Of a stretch of DNA of 64,000 nucleotides, positions 12,401-25,290 are shown in pieces. The position numbers and the translations under genes were made by a program. The notes under the pieces were generated by a model. That model ran no database searches. It saw only the letters and a list, made by a program, of their open reading frames with translations, and was not told the DNA's origin. Source of the stretch: Octopus vulgaris (lineage: Eukaryota); NCBI GenBank assembly GCA_951406725.2, contig OX597817.1, forward strand, positions 117,304,001-117,368,000. The letters run 5' to 3'. The number at the start of each line of letters is the position of its first letter. Position 1 is the first letter of the stretch.

Positions 12401-14811
12401 TGCTTGGTCAATTTTGACTTGATTGGTTGGAGGAGAAAATCTGATGAATTCCAATAAACATCAGAAACATGACAGATGATGTATACGAGAAGAAGATGTC
12501 TTTGGAGCCAAACTAAGATTTTTTTATATACATTATCTTTTTTAATCAATATTTTAAAGTAGCACTAAAACATTCACTAGACTGATAAAAGATGTCATAA
12601 GTGCAAAACAGCTGTTAATTTTGATGGTAGAAATGACAATGTGCTTACATATTCATCCTTTTAGGCCCAGCATTCTTGGCAGAAGGCAAGCCACCACTTG
12701 CAAGTAAATATGGCTAGGTAATTTGTACTATGCCTTCGTTAATTGTTTTCGGTGTCTGTGTAGTTTCAAGCATATATAGATCCCCTATCATCCACCTCAC
12801 CTTCAGTCCATGCACACATCCAAGATATGAGAACTTGAGGAAAAGATCTGGCAACTACCTGGCTAGCATTCATTTACAGTTGAATAAACTGGTGCAACAT
12901 AAATAGTGTTTGCGAGCACAATGAGTCACTTGGTCTAGGAATTAAATCCATATCTTTATGAGTGGAATAGCCAGTCCATTTGATTACATAGTTTGCAGCA
13001 TATTTCAAGGCAAGTAATTAAATTAGAGTGACATCTCCAAGCAATTACCTTCACTGAGTAGTTTGTTATAGTTTATGTTAAGGTTTGGATCATAATACAT
13101 ATAAAATGAAACCCCTGACATTAAAAATAGATGTAAAATAAGCAATATAGATGTGACAATAATTAAGTGTCTCTATGATAGCTCAACTACCTACAAATAG
13201 CAAGCATATTTTTTTTAAAACGTTATACTCCCATCATTTAAAACTAAATACAGTCTGAGATAGCCTGTATGAATTAAAGATAGTATAGTGGGCATGCATA
13301 ATCAAGTTAGACCTAGGGTTATATAACAACAAAAGTGTGTGATATAAAAATGTTAAAATGTCTATTTATATTTAAAAGAATATTGACATGTTGCTTCAAA
13401 CTTTCATAACTGTATTATTATTTCTAATGTCTATGAAAGAATGATACCTGAAGAATCACTTGAATGCACTTAGCTCTTGATTTATCCAGCTTTTATTCAC
13501 ATAAGTAACTATATATTTGAATATCATGTTATATCTATTTGCAGATATAGAACATTGTTGGATTGTTTATTAAAACACACTAATGTACCATTTGATCTAT
13601 ATTTAAGTTTACTGCCATTTATAAACAACAGAAGTGAAATGCAAGTAAAAGTCAATATTTCTCCTATTTTAAGTATAGAAATATGTAAACATTCAACCAA
13701 TTTGCTTTATTTCTGCTTTTGAATATTCACTTCTAAATCTACTTTGGATAAAATACTTTTATTTTACTTCAGCATTTTATTTATATATAACTTCTTCTTA
13801 CTACAGTTTAATCAAGGATGCACTCAAGAACCATCTAGTCGGCATGTGTTATACACAGTAAAATATTGAGAAATTCTCTTATTTATTTTCAGAAATCTAT
13901 AGAAAATGAACATATAACCTCTAGAGAACCATAATTATTCGAATGAATGGTAATTAAGTCTGGAACACAAACTAAATAGATTGACTTGTTTACAACAAGT
14001 TGTTAATGTACATTTTGAACTTCAATTTTAATCTCTAAAATCAATGAATGTTACATGGTACTGCATTTTACAATGTCAGTTATTCTTGCTAATATTGATG
14101 ACTGCTGATTTTTTTAAAGCTATTTTGTCTTTATATCGAAACAGTTCTACACTCAAAATGATACAAAATAAAGGTTTACTTCAATCAAGAGTCAAAAGCT
14201 AGTAGTCATATTGACATTATACTGAATTGATATTTATTTCATCCATTCTTATTTATGAGGAAATTTTCATCCTAGCAAATATAGTATAAGTAAGGTTTTC
14301 CTATTTCTAAATACAATACAAGTATTGCAGGCATGTGGTTCCGAGTTCAATCCTTCTTCTACTAAAGAATCAAATTGACCAAAATTTCATAGTGAGAAGC
14401 CATGCAGAGAATTACTGGTAAATCTGATGGCCGGGGTGGGTGGAGAGAGGCATATGCATACATATGTGTTTACACACATGTATATATATATAGTTGGATA
14501 TATATTTATAAATGCTGTAGCTTCTTTCTGTGCATACATATGTGTGCATTTGTGTGTGTATGTGTGTGTGCATGTTTGTGTGCATGTGCATGCATGCATA
14601 CATGCCTCCACCCGCAATTCCTGACTGAGTTCAATAGATGCCATAGTGACACACCATTGTTACATTAGTCAGCACGAAGTCACAGTCTCATTCAAAGATA
14701 TGCTCATACTTATATACATGGATATATATAAACATACACCTAATGATATATACATATATGTATATATATATATATATACTTTATTTTAAGCAGCAGAAAA
14801 TTCAACAAAAT

Positions 14812-14849
14812 CTGTTACTCTGAGTTTCTCGTTGCCGTTCATCAGACAG
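14812..14849 (-). ncRNA. Hammerhead ribozyme at Penelope-like terminus
   Basis: ctgt-CTGATGA-acg-gcaa-cga-GAAA-ctc-a-gag-TA-acag. Intact core, stem I CTGT/ACAG, predicted GUA cleavage triplet. Confidence 0.8.
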
Positions 14850-15899
14850 TTTTTGCTAGAATGGAACTGATATATCAATTCAATCTATATTCTTACAAAC
14901 GCTACACCTTTAAAAAGAAATGGACTTGTTTGATTGGCCCTTTAGAAAAAACGGTCAATCTTCGAGCGATAAACAAAAAGGTCAAAAATATATGTATATA
15001 TATATAAAAACTTATAAAAAATTATAAAAATTATAAAAATTATAAAATCCGAGGAAAAAACCTATTGACGTTAATGAAGACAGTGCAAATTAATGCATAG
15101 AAATTAAACCTGTTATAAATACTGCAATACATATTTATATTAAAATCTACATATATATATCAACATACACAAAAGGATGCGCGTAAACGCCATACATACA
15201 TATACAGACGTATGAGTATAAGTCTAAATATACACATAAAAGCATGTGTACATATATTCACGCAAACCGTCTCGCACGCAAGCTAAAATTCATCTATGTA
15301 GCAATTCTCATATACTGAGCAAGGAGGGGGAACGAAAGAAAGGGAAAGAGAGAAAAAAGAAACGAAGGAGGGGTGGGGAAAAAACGAAATAAGCAGTGTA
15401 ACGATGTTATTGGCACTATAGAGACCAGTATACATACACAAGTTTGAATGGATACATATACATACCGTCGTGTATATGTGTGCTTAAGCACAAACATACT
15501 TTCACTTACACATACACAGACACGCATGCTTACAAATACATATGCTTTGCTATACACATACTTATATAAACATTCTAATTTTGACAACATTGCTTTTTTA
15601 AAAAAACATTGCTTTTAAAAATGGGTGCATTAATAAAAATATATACGAAAGACATATAAAATAAAATATAACATCCTATTTTGGGTCATTTATAAATAAT
15701 CAAGGTAATATAAATAATCAAGGTAATCCTATGCAATACAATAACATGAAAACAAAGTTTGTAGGTTTTTCCTAATATATATGTAGAAACATAAGGCTTT
15801 GCTATACGGATTAAGATCCGCATAGCATGGAAACAAAATCCATCGTAGCGCTCAAGAGTCAAAATCAAAATCAAAAATCAAAAACACAAAATATATACT

Positions 15900-16943
15900 C
15901 TATCCATATGGTATATTTATATTCGACATTTTAAATTTAGCCGCGTGCCTACATAAGTTCATTAACTCACTTCTTTGATTCAAAGAATTATTGTCTTTGA
16001 ATAAGATGTACATTTTCTCTAATAGACAAAGTCTGCACTTGAAATTATTTTTGTAAGCTCCATGCCTGTATGGTGCCGCCCTGTCCAGAATGCTCCATGT
16101 CACGTTGAAAGGTGGGGCTTCCTTTTCTTTTAGTTCCCAGACATATTTTGCTAGGCTGGTTTTCTTCCTATTCTCTGGGTATTTAAATGAATTTTTATGA
16201 GAATAAAATTTTGTTTTAAATTAATTTTCTGAAGCCCCTGTGTATGTCTTGTATTCCGATGAGCCTTCCACTTGCACCTTGGCTCTATAAACTACTCCTT
16301 TCACTAGACATTTCCCTTCTAACGGACAGGAGCTTTCGTTTTTGAAATTACATTTCTTAATGGGCTCGGCACCATGTCTAATCTCAATTAGCTTCCTATT
16401 ATGTTGGCTAATGTAAGAGGCGAAATTTCTGCAACAAGAATAGCTAACCTTCAGGGTTCTTCTATTAAATATTCTGTAGAATTTATGACCCTGCTTAAAA
16501 TGCTTAGAGACTAATCTCAAAGATTCCTTACCTATATTAGTCTTTACGGCCAAATTGAAAGCCGGGTTGAACCACAAAACTTTCCTGGTCCTAGTTCTTC
16601 GTGCAGCATTATTATCAGCATTAAGCTGGTTGAACTGGATCTTCTCCGAGAATCCACTATTCTTTAATGCGTTATCGTAATAAGGTGCAGCATTATGGAA
16701 TGCTGCCTCGTCCGAAGAAATTGAAGATATTCTTCTACCTACATTGCTGACTAAGTTGCTAAGGATAACTGGTGGATGGTTCGAATCTTTGCTAATATAC
16801 GATAGCTTTTCATTGGGCTTACGGAAAGGTTTAAATCTATCCGATCTTGCATTAAAATTTACGTCTAAAAAATCTACACTATTCAGGTTAGCATCTATCG
16901 TAACCCGTAAGCCCATCCTTTGAAAGAAAGCTATAAGGTCCTT

Positions 16944-16946
<3 letters not shown>
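15900..16946 (-). pseudogene. Penelope-like pol fragment: RT C-terminus/thumb plus GIY-YIG endonuclease, one in-frame TAA at 16221-16223
   Basis: [78 protein letters not shown]. ORFs 16221-17090 and 15900-16103 share one frame. Confidence 0.9.
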
Positions 16947-17017
<71 letters not shown>

Positions 17018-17049
17018 TGTATATATATATATATATACATATATGTATG

Positions 17050-17081
<32 letters not shown>

Positions 17082-17134
17082 TATATACATATAAAGACAT
17101 GTATTATTTTCTCTCTTTGCTTCTTTCTGTGTTC

Positions 17135-17170
17135 CTTTCTGTGGAAGAGCATAGGCTCGAACCGTTAAAG
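17135..17170 (+). ncRNA. Degenerate minimal hammerhead in a short repeat between (TA)n tracts
   Basis: cttt-CTGTGGA-a-gagc-atag-gctc-GAAC-cgtt-aaag. Stems I and II pair; core has substitutions. Confidence 0.5.
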
Positions 17171-17502
17171 ACTTTTTTCATTTCCCGAGTGTTATACTAA
17201 TACATCTGTTTGTTGTCTACACCACTTGTCTTCGTATTTTGTTTTGTTTTGTTTTTGTGAATTCTCCCTATATATATATATATATATACACATATATTAC
17301 ATACATAAGCATAGATATCTATATAGTCAACAGATGAGATCCAGAGAATCTCAGTATGGCAGACACTTAGTAACATTCAAATGGTTGAAACTTAGACTCC
17401 AATGTCTTTACAAAGGATCAATTCCACTGGGTAAAGAACGGCTGTAAGAAGTATCAAGATGAGCAAATATGGAGGTAATTATGCAGATAAATAAATGAAA
17501 TA

Positions 17503-17877
17503 TCTCTCTATATATAAACGGCAGTTTGTCTGTGCGTGTTTCTGTGTGTCTGTTTGCTTGTACCCTCACCCTGACCACGGCTTTCAACCGATTCTGATGA
17601 AACTTGACACACACATAGCCCAATGTCATAATTCATAACTAACGCAGCGAAAATTTTGAAAAGTTCCCCCAGTTCTGAAAAAAATCGATAAATTCGACAT
17701 GGGGTCCAGAATCAGAAACACAAACTGTCTAGGGGACGCAACTCCACCTTTTTTAACTAAAAAAAAATTTACCATCGTTTTTTTCCATTTTTTTGCTATT
17801 TTTTGGCTATTACTCTCTAAAAATGCTTTATAGTTATTTCCCTTACAAACCTGAGCAACGCCGGGTGATACTGCTAG
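17503..17877 (+). mobile_element. Non-autonomous Helitron
   Basis: A|TCTCTCTATATATAAA start, subterminal GC hairpin acctgagcaacgccgggt, CTAG|T end. Confidence 0.8.
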
Positions 17878-18787
17878 TATTAAATATATTAATGGCATTT
17901 TCTCTCATACCTTTCTATATACCTTAGTAATCCTCCTCCACCACCAAATTAGACACTTTCCCTCTCTTAAATAACTGCTATCCCTTTTCTCACTATCTCA
18001 ACTTCTAATAATTCTATGGCTATTATACCTAGACTTTGACACCTATACACAAACCCAACAACAACTGACTACCCCTCAGTTACTATCTATCCTACTCCTC
18101 CCACTCATCTCCCAACACTCCACCACTACTATCACCTCCCTTAATTCCCTCACTATTAACACCCCTCCATCTTCCTGAACAAGTTCTCTTATATCCTCTT
18201 ACCATTTCCATCCTTAATACTACCTGCAACTCCACTGACCTTCCTATTTTTTACCTATAATGCTGCTTGCTCTCTACATTTAATCATTCCACCTTTGAAC
18301 TCCTCTACACTATGGTCTGAAATGTAAGACCCTATCTACACTGATGATGGAGGCTCTACTTTACTAATGTTGATTGTTCCTATTACGGCCTGCATATTGT
18401 GATGAGCTACATCTACCAACATTATGATGGATCTCCGAGCCCCCAGAAACAACTATTCAACTCATAACACATTGTTTCCTCTCCTTTAATTTTGTCTGTT
18501 GTTTATACTCTGTTATAAGTTGAATCTATTAATATAAATATCTATATGTTTACACTCAAATATTCATCATCTGAAATTCTCCACTCTTTGTTTTATCTCC
18601 TTTTGCATGTATACAAATATATATTGTATTTCATACCTAAGCTGCCATATCTAACATATGTCATTTGTTTATTTGCACAATATTCACATATATGCGTAGT
18701 GTATACGTATATACATACATACATACATACATACATACAAATATATATGCATGTGTATAATTTATCTATCTTTCTATCTCTCTTTCC

Positions 18788-18818
<31 letters not shown>

Positions 18819-19142
18819 TTTATATATATATAATTGAAAAATAGGATAAAATCTTTATAAGAATTTATCAAGTAGCGTGAAAAACCTCATAAGGGAAAAA
18901 TCCATCAATATGGATATATATACAAATATATATACATGCACACATACACACACACACACACACATCACACACATATATATTTATGCTAACCCACACAATA
19001 AGCATTACCAATATAAAAATGATAATCATACGTATCATATTTCCAAAATGAATTCAGAATTTGAGTCGAAGACTCCTCTCCCAGAAGTGAAATAAGATGA
19101 AATATGCTTTTACTTTTTGCATTGATAATACTTTTCTGTGTA

Positions 19143-20200
19143 TATGAGGTAGTTATGTTTAATAAAAAAAATAACTTAGTTACCTAAGTGGTAAATAATC
19201 CCCTTGTGCAGCGATACACCAGTCCCGGTGTCCCTGCCAATTTTGGAATCTGGCCTGGAAATCATTTTCTGTAAGGAAGTCAAAAACCTTTTGAAATTCA
19301 ACAATGGTGTTAAAACGATGACCTTTGAGCTGTTTTTTCGTCTTGGGGAAGAGATGGAAGTCTGCAGGTGCTAAATCTGGAGAATAGAATGGGTGTAGAA
19401 GTGATACCATGTTGTTTTTGGTGAGAAACTCACATGTGAGGAGAGATCGGTGAGAGGGTGCATTGTCATCATGAAGAATCCAATTGTTTGCACTCCACAG
19501 ATCTGGTTGCTTTTGCCGAATATCTTCAAACACTTCAAAACATTGCACTAGAACCATTGATTGATGGTCTGGCCCTGGGGATGAATTATCGATGCACAAT
19601 ACCACATTTCTGGAGTTGAAACTTGTTGCAGGTCTTCCAGCTCACTCATAATTTTCCAGGGACATTCTTCCACTTTTAAAGCACCCATGCTTTTATGCTT
19701 TTTATGCTTTTACTTGTTTGAGTCATGTGACTACATCCATGCTGGAGCACTGCTTTTAGTCGAGCAAATCGACCCCAGGACTTATTCTTTGTAAGCCTTG
19801 TACTTATTCTATTGATCTCTTTATCCAAACCGCTAAGTTACAGTGACGTAAACACACCAGCATGGGTTGTCAAGCGATGTTGGGGGGACAAACACAGACA
19901 CACATACATATATACGAGGGGCGTCTTTCAGTTTCCGTCAATCAAATCCACTCACAAGGCTTTGGTCATCCCGAGGCTATAGTAGAAGACACTTGCCCAA
20001 GTTGCTATGCAGTGGGACTGAACCCAGAACCATGTGGTTGGTAAGCAAGCTACTTACCACATAGCCACACCTACGCCACTCCTATGCCACGCAGAACATT
20101 GTGTATAACCCATTGCTTTATCGCTGCAAGCATGCTGAGGCATGCTCAATGTCTTTGTAGCAGACTTCATTTTTGAAGTTCAGAATGGGATACACAAGCA
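19143..20200 (-). mobile_element. Mariner (DD34D) transposase remnant interrupted by a SINE
   Basis: WILHDDNAPSH...HPFYSPDLAPADFHLFPK..KQLKGHRF in ORF 19180-19605. The extension beyond the SINE is approximate. Confidence 0.85.
19689..20085 (-). mobile_element. Full-length main tRNA-SINE
   Basis: Minus strand has head ggcgtaggtgtggctatgtggtaag, B box ggttcagtccc and tail ctccagcatgg...aaacaagtaaaag. Confidence 0.9.
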
Positions 20201-20528
20201 TTCAACTATGAGCACAATGAATATTACAGGAGAAACTGCAGTAAGCTAATAAAGTTCTTGACATAATTTCATTCCTTTATCATTTTAATTTCTTATATAC
20301 TTGTGTATGTGTATGTTCAGTATCCCACCATGAGGAATCGATTCTGGAAGGGTTGAAACAATTGTAGTGATCAATAAACATTCTCATACTTTCTATCTTC
20401 CATCTCATTAAGCAAATAGCCAACAAGCATTGAGAAAATGAACATATTTTATTGGTAAACTATCAGGTCTATACCATATGATTTATTAACTAATAATATA
20501 TATAAACATATGTATACATGTGTATGTA

Positions 20529-20576
<48 letters not shown>

Positions 20577-20780
20577 CATGATGTGTTTCTATATAGAGTT
20601 TCCATCTGCCAATTTTCATTCACAATGGAGGCTATTAACCTACCAGCAGCAATTGATCCATATCTTATTACTATTTGCTGGGTGAGATTACCTCTCTTCT
20701 ATTTGAACTAAGGAATAGCTTCCTTACCACATGTTGCTTATGGGGATTATTTTCTTTTTATTAATGCATTCGATTTAATC

Positions 20781-21182
20781 TCTTTTTACTCTTTTACTCT
20801 TTTACTTGTTTCAGTCGTGTGACTGTGGCCATGCTGGAGCACCACCTTAAGTCAAGCAAATCAACCCCAGGACTTATTCTTTGTAAGCCTAGTAATTATT
20901 CTATCAGTGTCTTTTGCTGAACCGCTAAGTTACGGGGACGGAAACACGCCAGCATCGGTTGTCAAGCAATGTTGGTGGGGACAAACACAGACACATATAC
21001 ACATATACATACATATATATGACGGAGTTCTTTCAGTTTCCGTCTACCAAATCCACTCACAAGGCTTTGGTCAGCCCGAAGCTATAGTAGAAGACACTTG
21101 CCCAAGGTGCCACGCAGTGGGACTGAACACAGATACATGTGGTTGTAAACAAGCTGCATACCACACAGCCACTCCTACGCCT
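20781..21182 (-). mobile_element. Full-length main tRNA-SINE
   Basis: Highly similar to 19689-20085. Confidence 0.9.
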
Positions 21183-21585
21183 AAGTATAGAAAAAATATA
21201 TTCAATATTTGTATATAAATATATAAATATATCTAATATATATTAATATATATATATATATTTAATATATATCTATAAATATATAAATATATTCAATATA
21301 TATATATATTCTAAGTATAGAAAAATATATTTAATTTAGGAAGAATGACTATTTAAGACAATATATATAAATTTATATCGCAGAGGTATTAGATTTAAGG
21401 TTCATAGCTAAAAATTAGAGTAAGGTTTGAAATTACAATTACTAGTGCTAAATTTGAATTAATTGAAATTGAACTAAAAATATGTAAAGAACTTTTGCTG
21501 TTCTTTCTAAGGTTAGTTATTTTACACACTATATTATAACTGAACTTTTTTTCTCTTCATATTTCATTATATATTATTTTAACAA

Positions 21586-22753
21586 TAAAACTATAAATAA
21601 GATAAATCAAGGAAGAGTGTAGTCATGAACATTTTGATAAAATTTATTTTGAAGGTTCATAAAACATTTATTGACACAGTTAATATAACTGAAAATACTA
21701 AGCAATTTAAGGGAAATCATTCTGAAGAGAGACGACAGGTTATATAATATGTGTTCCAAAATAATTTATTTGCAATGTCATGGGATATAAACAAATCATA
21801 GTTTTTCTCAACAGATTCTGTTAGCTGCCATGCTGCCTTGTGAATCAGTGAACCCAGAAATTAGAATCTGTCTTGCAATCTCGTAAAATTATACATTCTT
21901 AAATGCTCTGGCAAATTTGTAGTCACTAAAAATAAAATATAAAAATATTCTAGTAATATATTGCTGAATAAGATTTGTTGAAATCATAAAATTTAAGCAC
22001 TCAATGAAGAATTTTGCAGTTATTTGCCAAACTCAGATTTAAAACCTTTATTCTTTCCGACTTTAAATATATCTATTTTTGAAAGCTAAATAGTTTTTAG
22101 TTGTACAACGACTAAACAAGTTCCTGTTTCACTAGTTTACATCCATTAAAAACTTATTGAAACCAGTGCTGTTTTGCCCCTGAGCAAAGCACAAATGTTT
22201 TAGCTTCAGTAAGAATGCCAAGTATAGATTCTATATTTAGTCATTTAATCTGCTAGAAACAAAATAGCAGCTAAACCTTTTCCATATCACACTATACAAT
22301 ATTAATAGGAGTATTTAATAATATAGTGCAGGATACTATGTCGCAAAAAATAAATAGATACAGTATGGTTTTGAGTTTTGGTCAAAATACTTTCTTTTCA
22401 GAGTCTGCGCAACCTGAGATGACTTCATCAATGGTTTAACATCCAATTTTCCATTCTTGCATGGGTCTGATGGAATTTACTTGGTGCAGATTTTTTATAG
22501 TCATATTCTCTTCCTGTTGCCAATCCCCACCTGGTTCCATGTAGGGTAAATATTTCTCCATTACCATAAATATTCTCATGGGTGATTGAAGATATATATA
22601 AGAGTCAAAGAAGTCTTTAGCCACAGAATCACATTTTATATATTTTCAGTAATATTAACTGTGTCAATAAATGTTTTATGAACCTTCAAAATAAATTATA
22701 GCAAAATGTTCATGACTAAACTCTTCTTTAATTTATCTTATTTAAAGTTTTAT
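21586..22753. repeat. About 112-bp inverted repeat pair (21586-21697 and 22641-22753)
   Basis: gtcatgaacattttg...tttattttgaaggttcataaaacatttattgacacagttaata is reverse-complemented downstream. Confidence 0.85.
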
Positions 22754-22759
22754 GTTTAT

Positions 22760-22806
<47 letters not shown>

Positions 22807-24809
22807 TATTACACATACATGCATATACATATATTTATACATATGCATACAAACTTTTCGTCTTTCAGTTTCCATCTACGAAATCCACTTAAAGTTTTTT
22901 GTTGGACTGAGGCTAATATAAATGACCTTTGGCCAAGGTGTCTTGTACTGAGACTGAAACCAAAACCATATGGTTGAGAAACATTCTTATTTCTGTACAG
23001 ACTTGCTTGTGCCTTGTAGCTAAATACTACTTACCTCAGTTTAAATGACTGAAAATAAATATTCTCTTTATATCACACTTTAGTATTGGTTGTTCTACTA
23101 GCATTTTCTAAATGTATTGCAATCATACCAAACAGAAAAGCAGTAAAGCATTTTGCTAAAAAGCAATGATTTTAAAATGTCTGCTTAGCATTGCCTTTAG
23201 TAAGACTCCACTTTTACCATTCTGCTCACATTAATAAGAACTCTTCCACTATTGTCAACAGTCATCAGGAACGTAAGAGGAAAATAAGTTCTGATCAATC
23301 CTAAAATGGGTGAAACTAATATGTGTGATTATTAATCCAAGCTGCTAAATGAAATAAACCAGTGGTTTTAATGTCTGAAGGAATGGCTGCATAAATATAG
23401 AGCTATCTACATTTCTATTTTTATCAATACCCAAAACTATTGCAATTTATCTTGGAAACTAATTAATCTTGTATCGTCATGGGAATATGTTGAACTATTC
23501 ACATTTTTGTTTATCTGTTAATAAGTAGCTTTTGCAACTTGTAAGTGAAAGACAAGTCAATCCTGATAAGTTGTAAAAGTGACAAAAAGCTGCCAATAAG
23601 AAGATAAAAGTGTTTGTGCTTTAATACTTTGAACTAACTTCACAGTAAGTCTAAAGACTTATATATACAAGCATAACTATATACATACATACTTTATTTT
23701 TTGTCTTCTATCTCTTACTTGTTTTATTCATTTAAACTGTGGACATACTGGAGTTCTGCCTCCAGGAATGTTAGTTGAACACATCAACCCCAGTACTTAT
23801 TTTTGAAAGCCTAGTAATTATTCTCTCAGACAATTTTGCCAAACCATTAAGTTACAAAAACGTATAGGCCCCAACACTAGTTATCATATGATAGTGGGGG
23901 ACAAAAACAGACATAGGCCCACACATAGATATGTATATATGTCCTCTTAAGCATGCACACAAGCACATGCATACAGACACATACACACACATATACATAT
24001 ATATATATATATATATACATACAACAAGCATCTTTGAGTTTCGATGTATCTTATCCACTCAAAAGGATGTGGTCAACTCGAGGCTATAGTAGAAGGTGCT
24101 TTATAGTGGGACTGAGTAAGAAATCATGTGTTTAGGAAGCAAACTTCTTACCTTACAGCCATACGTGCGCTTATATATGTAGACATAGACAGACAAATAG
24201 ATGTAATTGAAACAAAATAAATTTAAACAAAATAACTCAGAGTGGCCAGTTGCATGTATTTGAACAACTAAAATAAATAAGAAATAAAATATATATATAC
24301 AAAATGAATTCTTGGCATATTGAAATTTTCTCTACTTCCATAAAAATGTAGCCCAATTAGTATCAGTGGATACCTTTCCTAAATATGAATGGAAGACAAT
24401 TTGAAAAGTCAAGTATTCTCCAAAATTGACATTCCATTAAAGGAAAATAATATGATTTTCTGAAGACAAGAAGATGACTATTGAGACACGATAGTCTCAA
24501 TAGGTATTATTAGTACAGCAATTATATTACATAAGACAAGATAATTAGAGATATACAAAACTGATATAACATAACTGTAGCCTAGATTATTGACATAAGT
24601 GAGGCAAAAATAAGCTAACACCATTTTTTAAAAATTTCTGATCTGCTGAAAAGAAGGGAGGATAATTGCTAAACACTTCTCAGCACCTATCATATTCTCC
24701 TTTTCTTTAATGTTTAGTCGGTTTTGAAAAAAATCGTGATTCTTATGATTACCTCCCTTTCTTACTTGGAGTTGGAACAAATTGCCACCAACTGATTGGG
24801 GTAGTCTCT
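21760..24809 (-). other. Candidate small-exon spliced transcript (exons 24766-24809, possibly 24374-24378, 23035-23048, terminal exon from 21925)
   Basis: ccag|44 nt|gtaaga; tttcag|14 nt|gtaagt; tttttag|terminal exon with AATAAA at 21766-21771. One frame ends SFKLSDYKFARAFKNV*. Confidence 0.35.
23712..24170 (-). mobile_element. Diverged main tRNA-SINE
   Basis: Colinear with the other copies. Confidence 0.75.
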
Positions 24810-25290
24810 CTGGAATCAGAGTAAATTTTAATAAATCAAGAATATTTTCTTTATTATTTTATGTACCATAATATATTATAAGCAACAGAAAGAGGTGCAG
24901 CCACATCTTCTTCATACCATACACTACCATACAGAAATAAAATAGTGCAAGATACTACACCTCAAAGAATACAAAGGTACAGTACGGTTTTGGTTAAAAT
25001 GCCATTCTTTAGTAGTCTGCACAATATGGTATGACTTCACCAACGATTTAACATCCTCTCTTCTATATTTGCATGGGTCACAAAGAATTTTCTATGACTG
25101 GATGCCTTTCCAGTCACCAACCATCAGCTATCTTGAAGTAAGGCATATTTCCCTATCATCACTCATGAAGGACATTGCTTGCATTATGTCAAAGAAAGGA
25201 AACAGTAAAACACACACACACACACAAACACACACACACGCACGCACACACACACACGCACACGCACACATAATACATGTATATGTGCAT

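Larger units (their letters stand above)
14779..16946 (-). mobile_element. 5'-truncated Penelope-like retroelement (probably Naiad-type) between (TA)n tracts
   Basis: RT C-terminus plus GIY-YIG endonuclease ORF, long 3' region and a terminal hammerhead motif. Confidence 0.9.

Noticed and set aside
16221-16223. Selenocysteine recoding in the Penelope-like ORF, as reported for some Naiad elements
   Set aside because: The in-frame stop is TAA, not TGA, and is not at a cysteine position.
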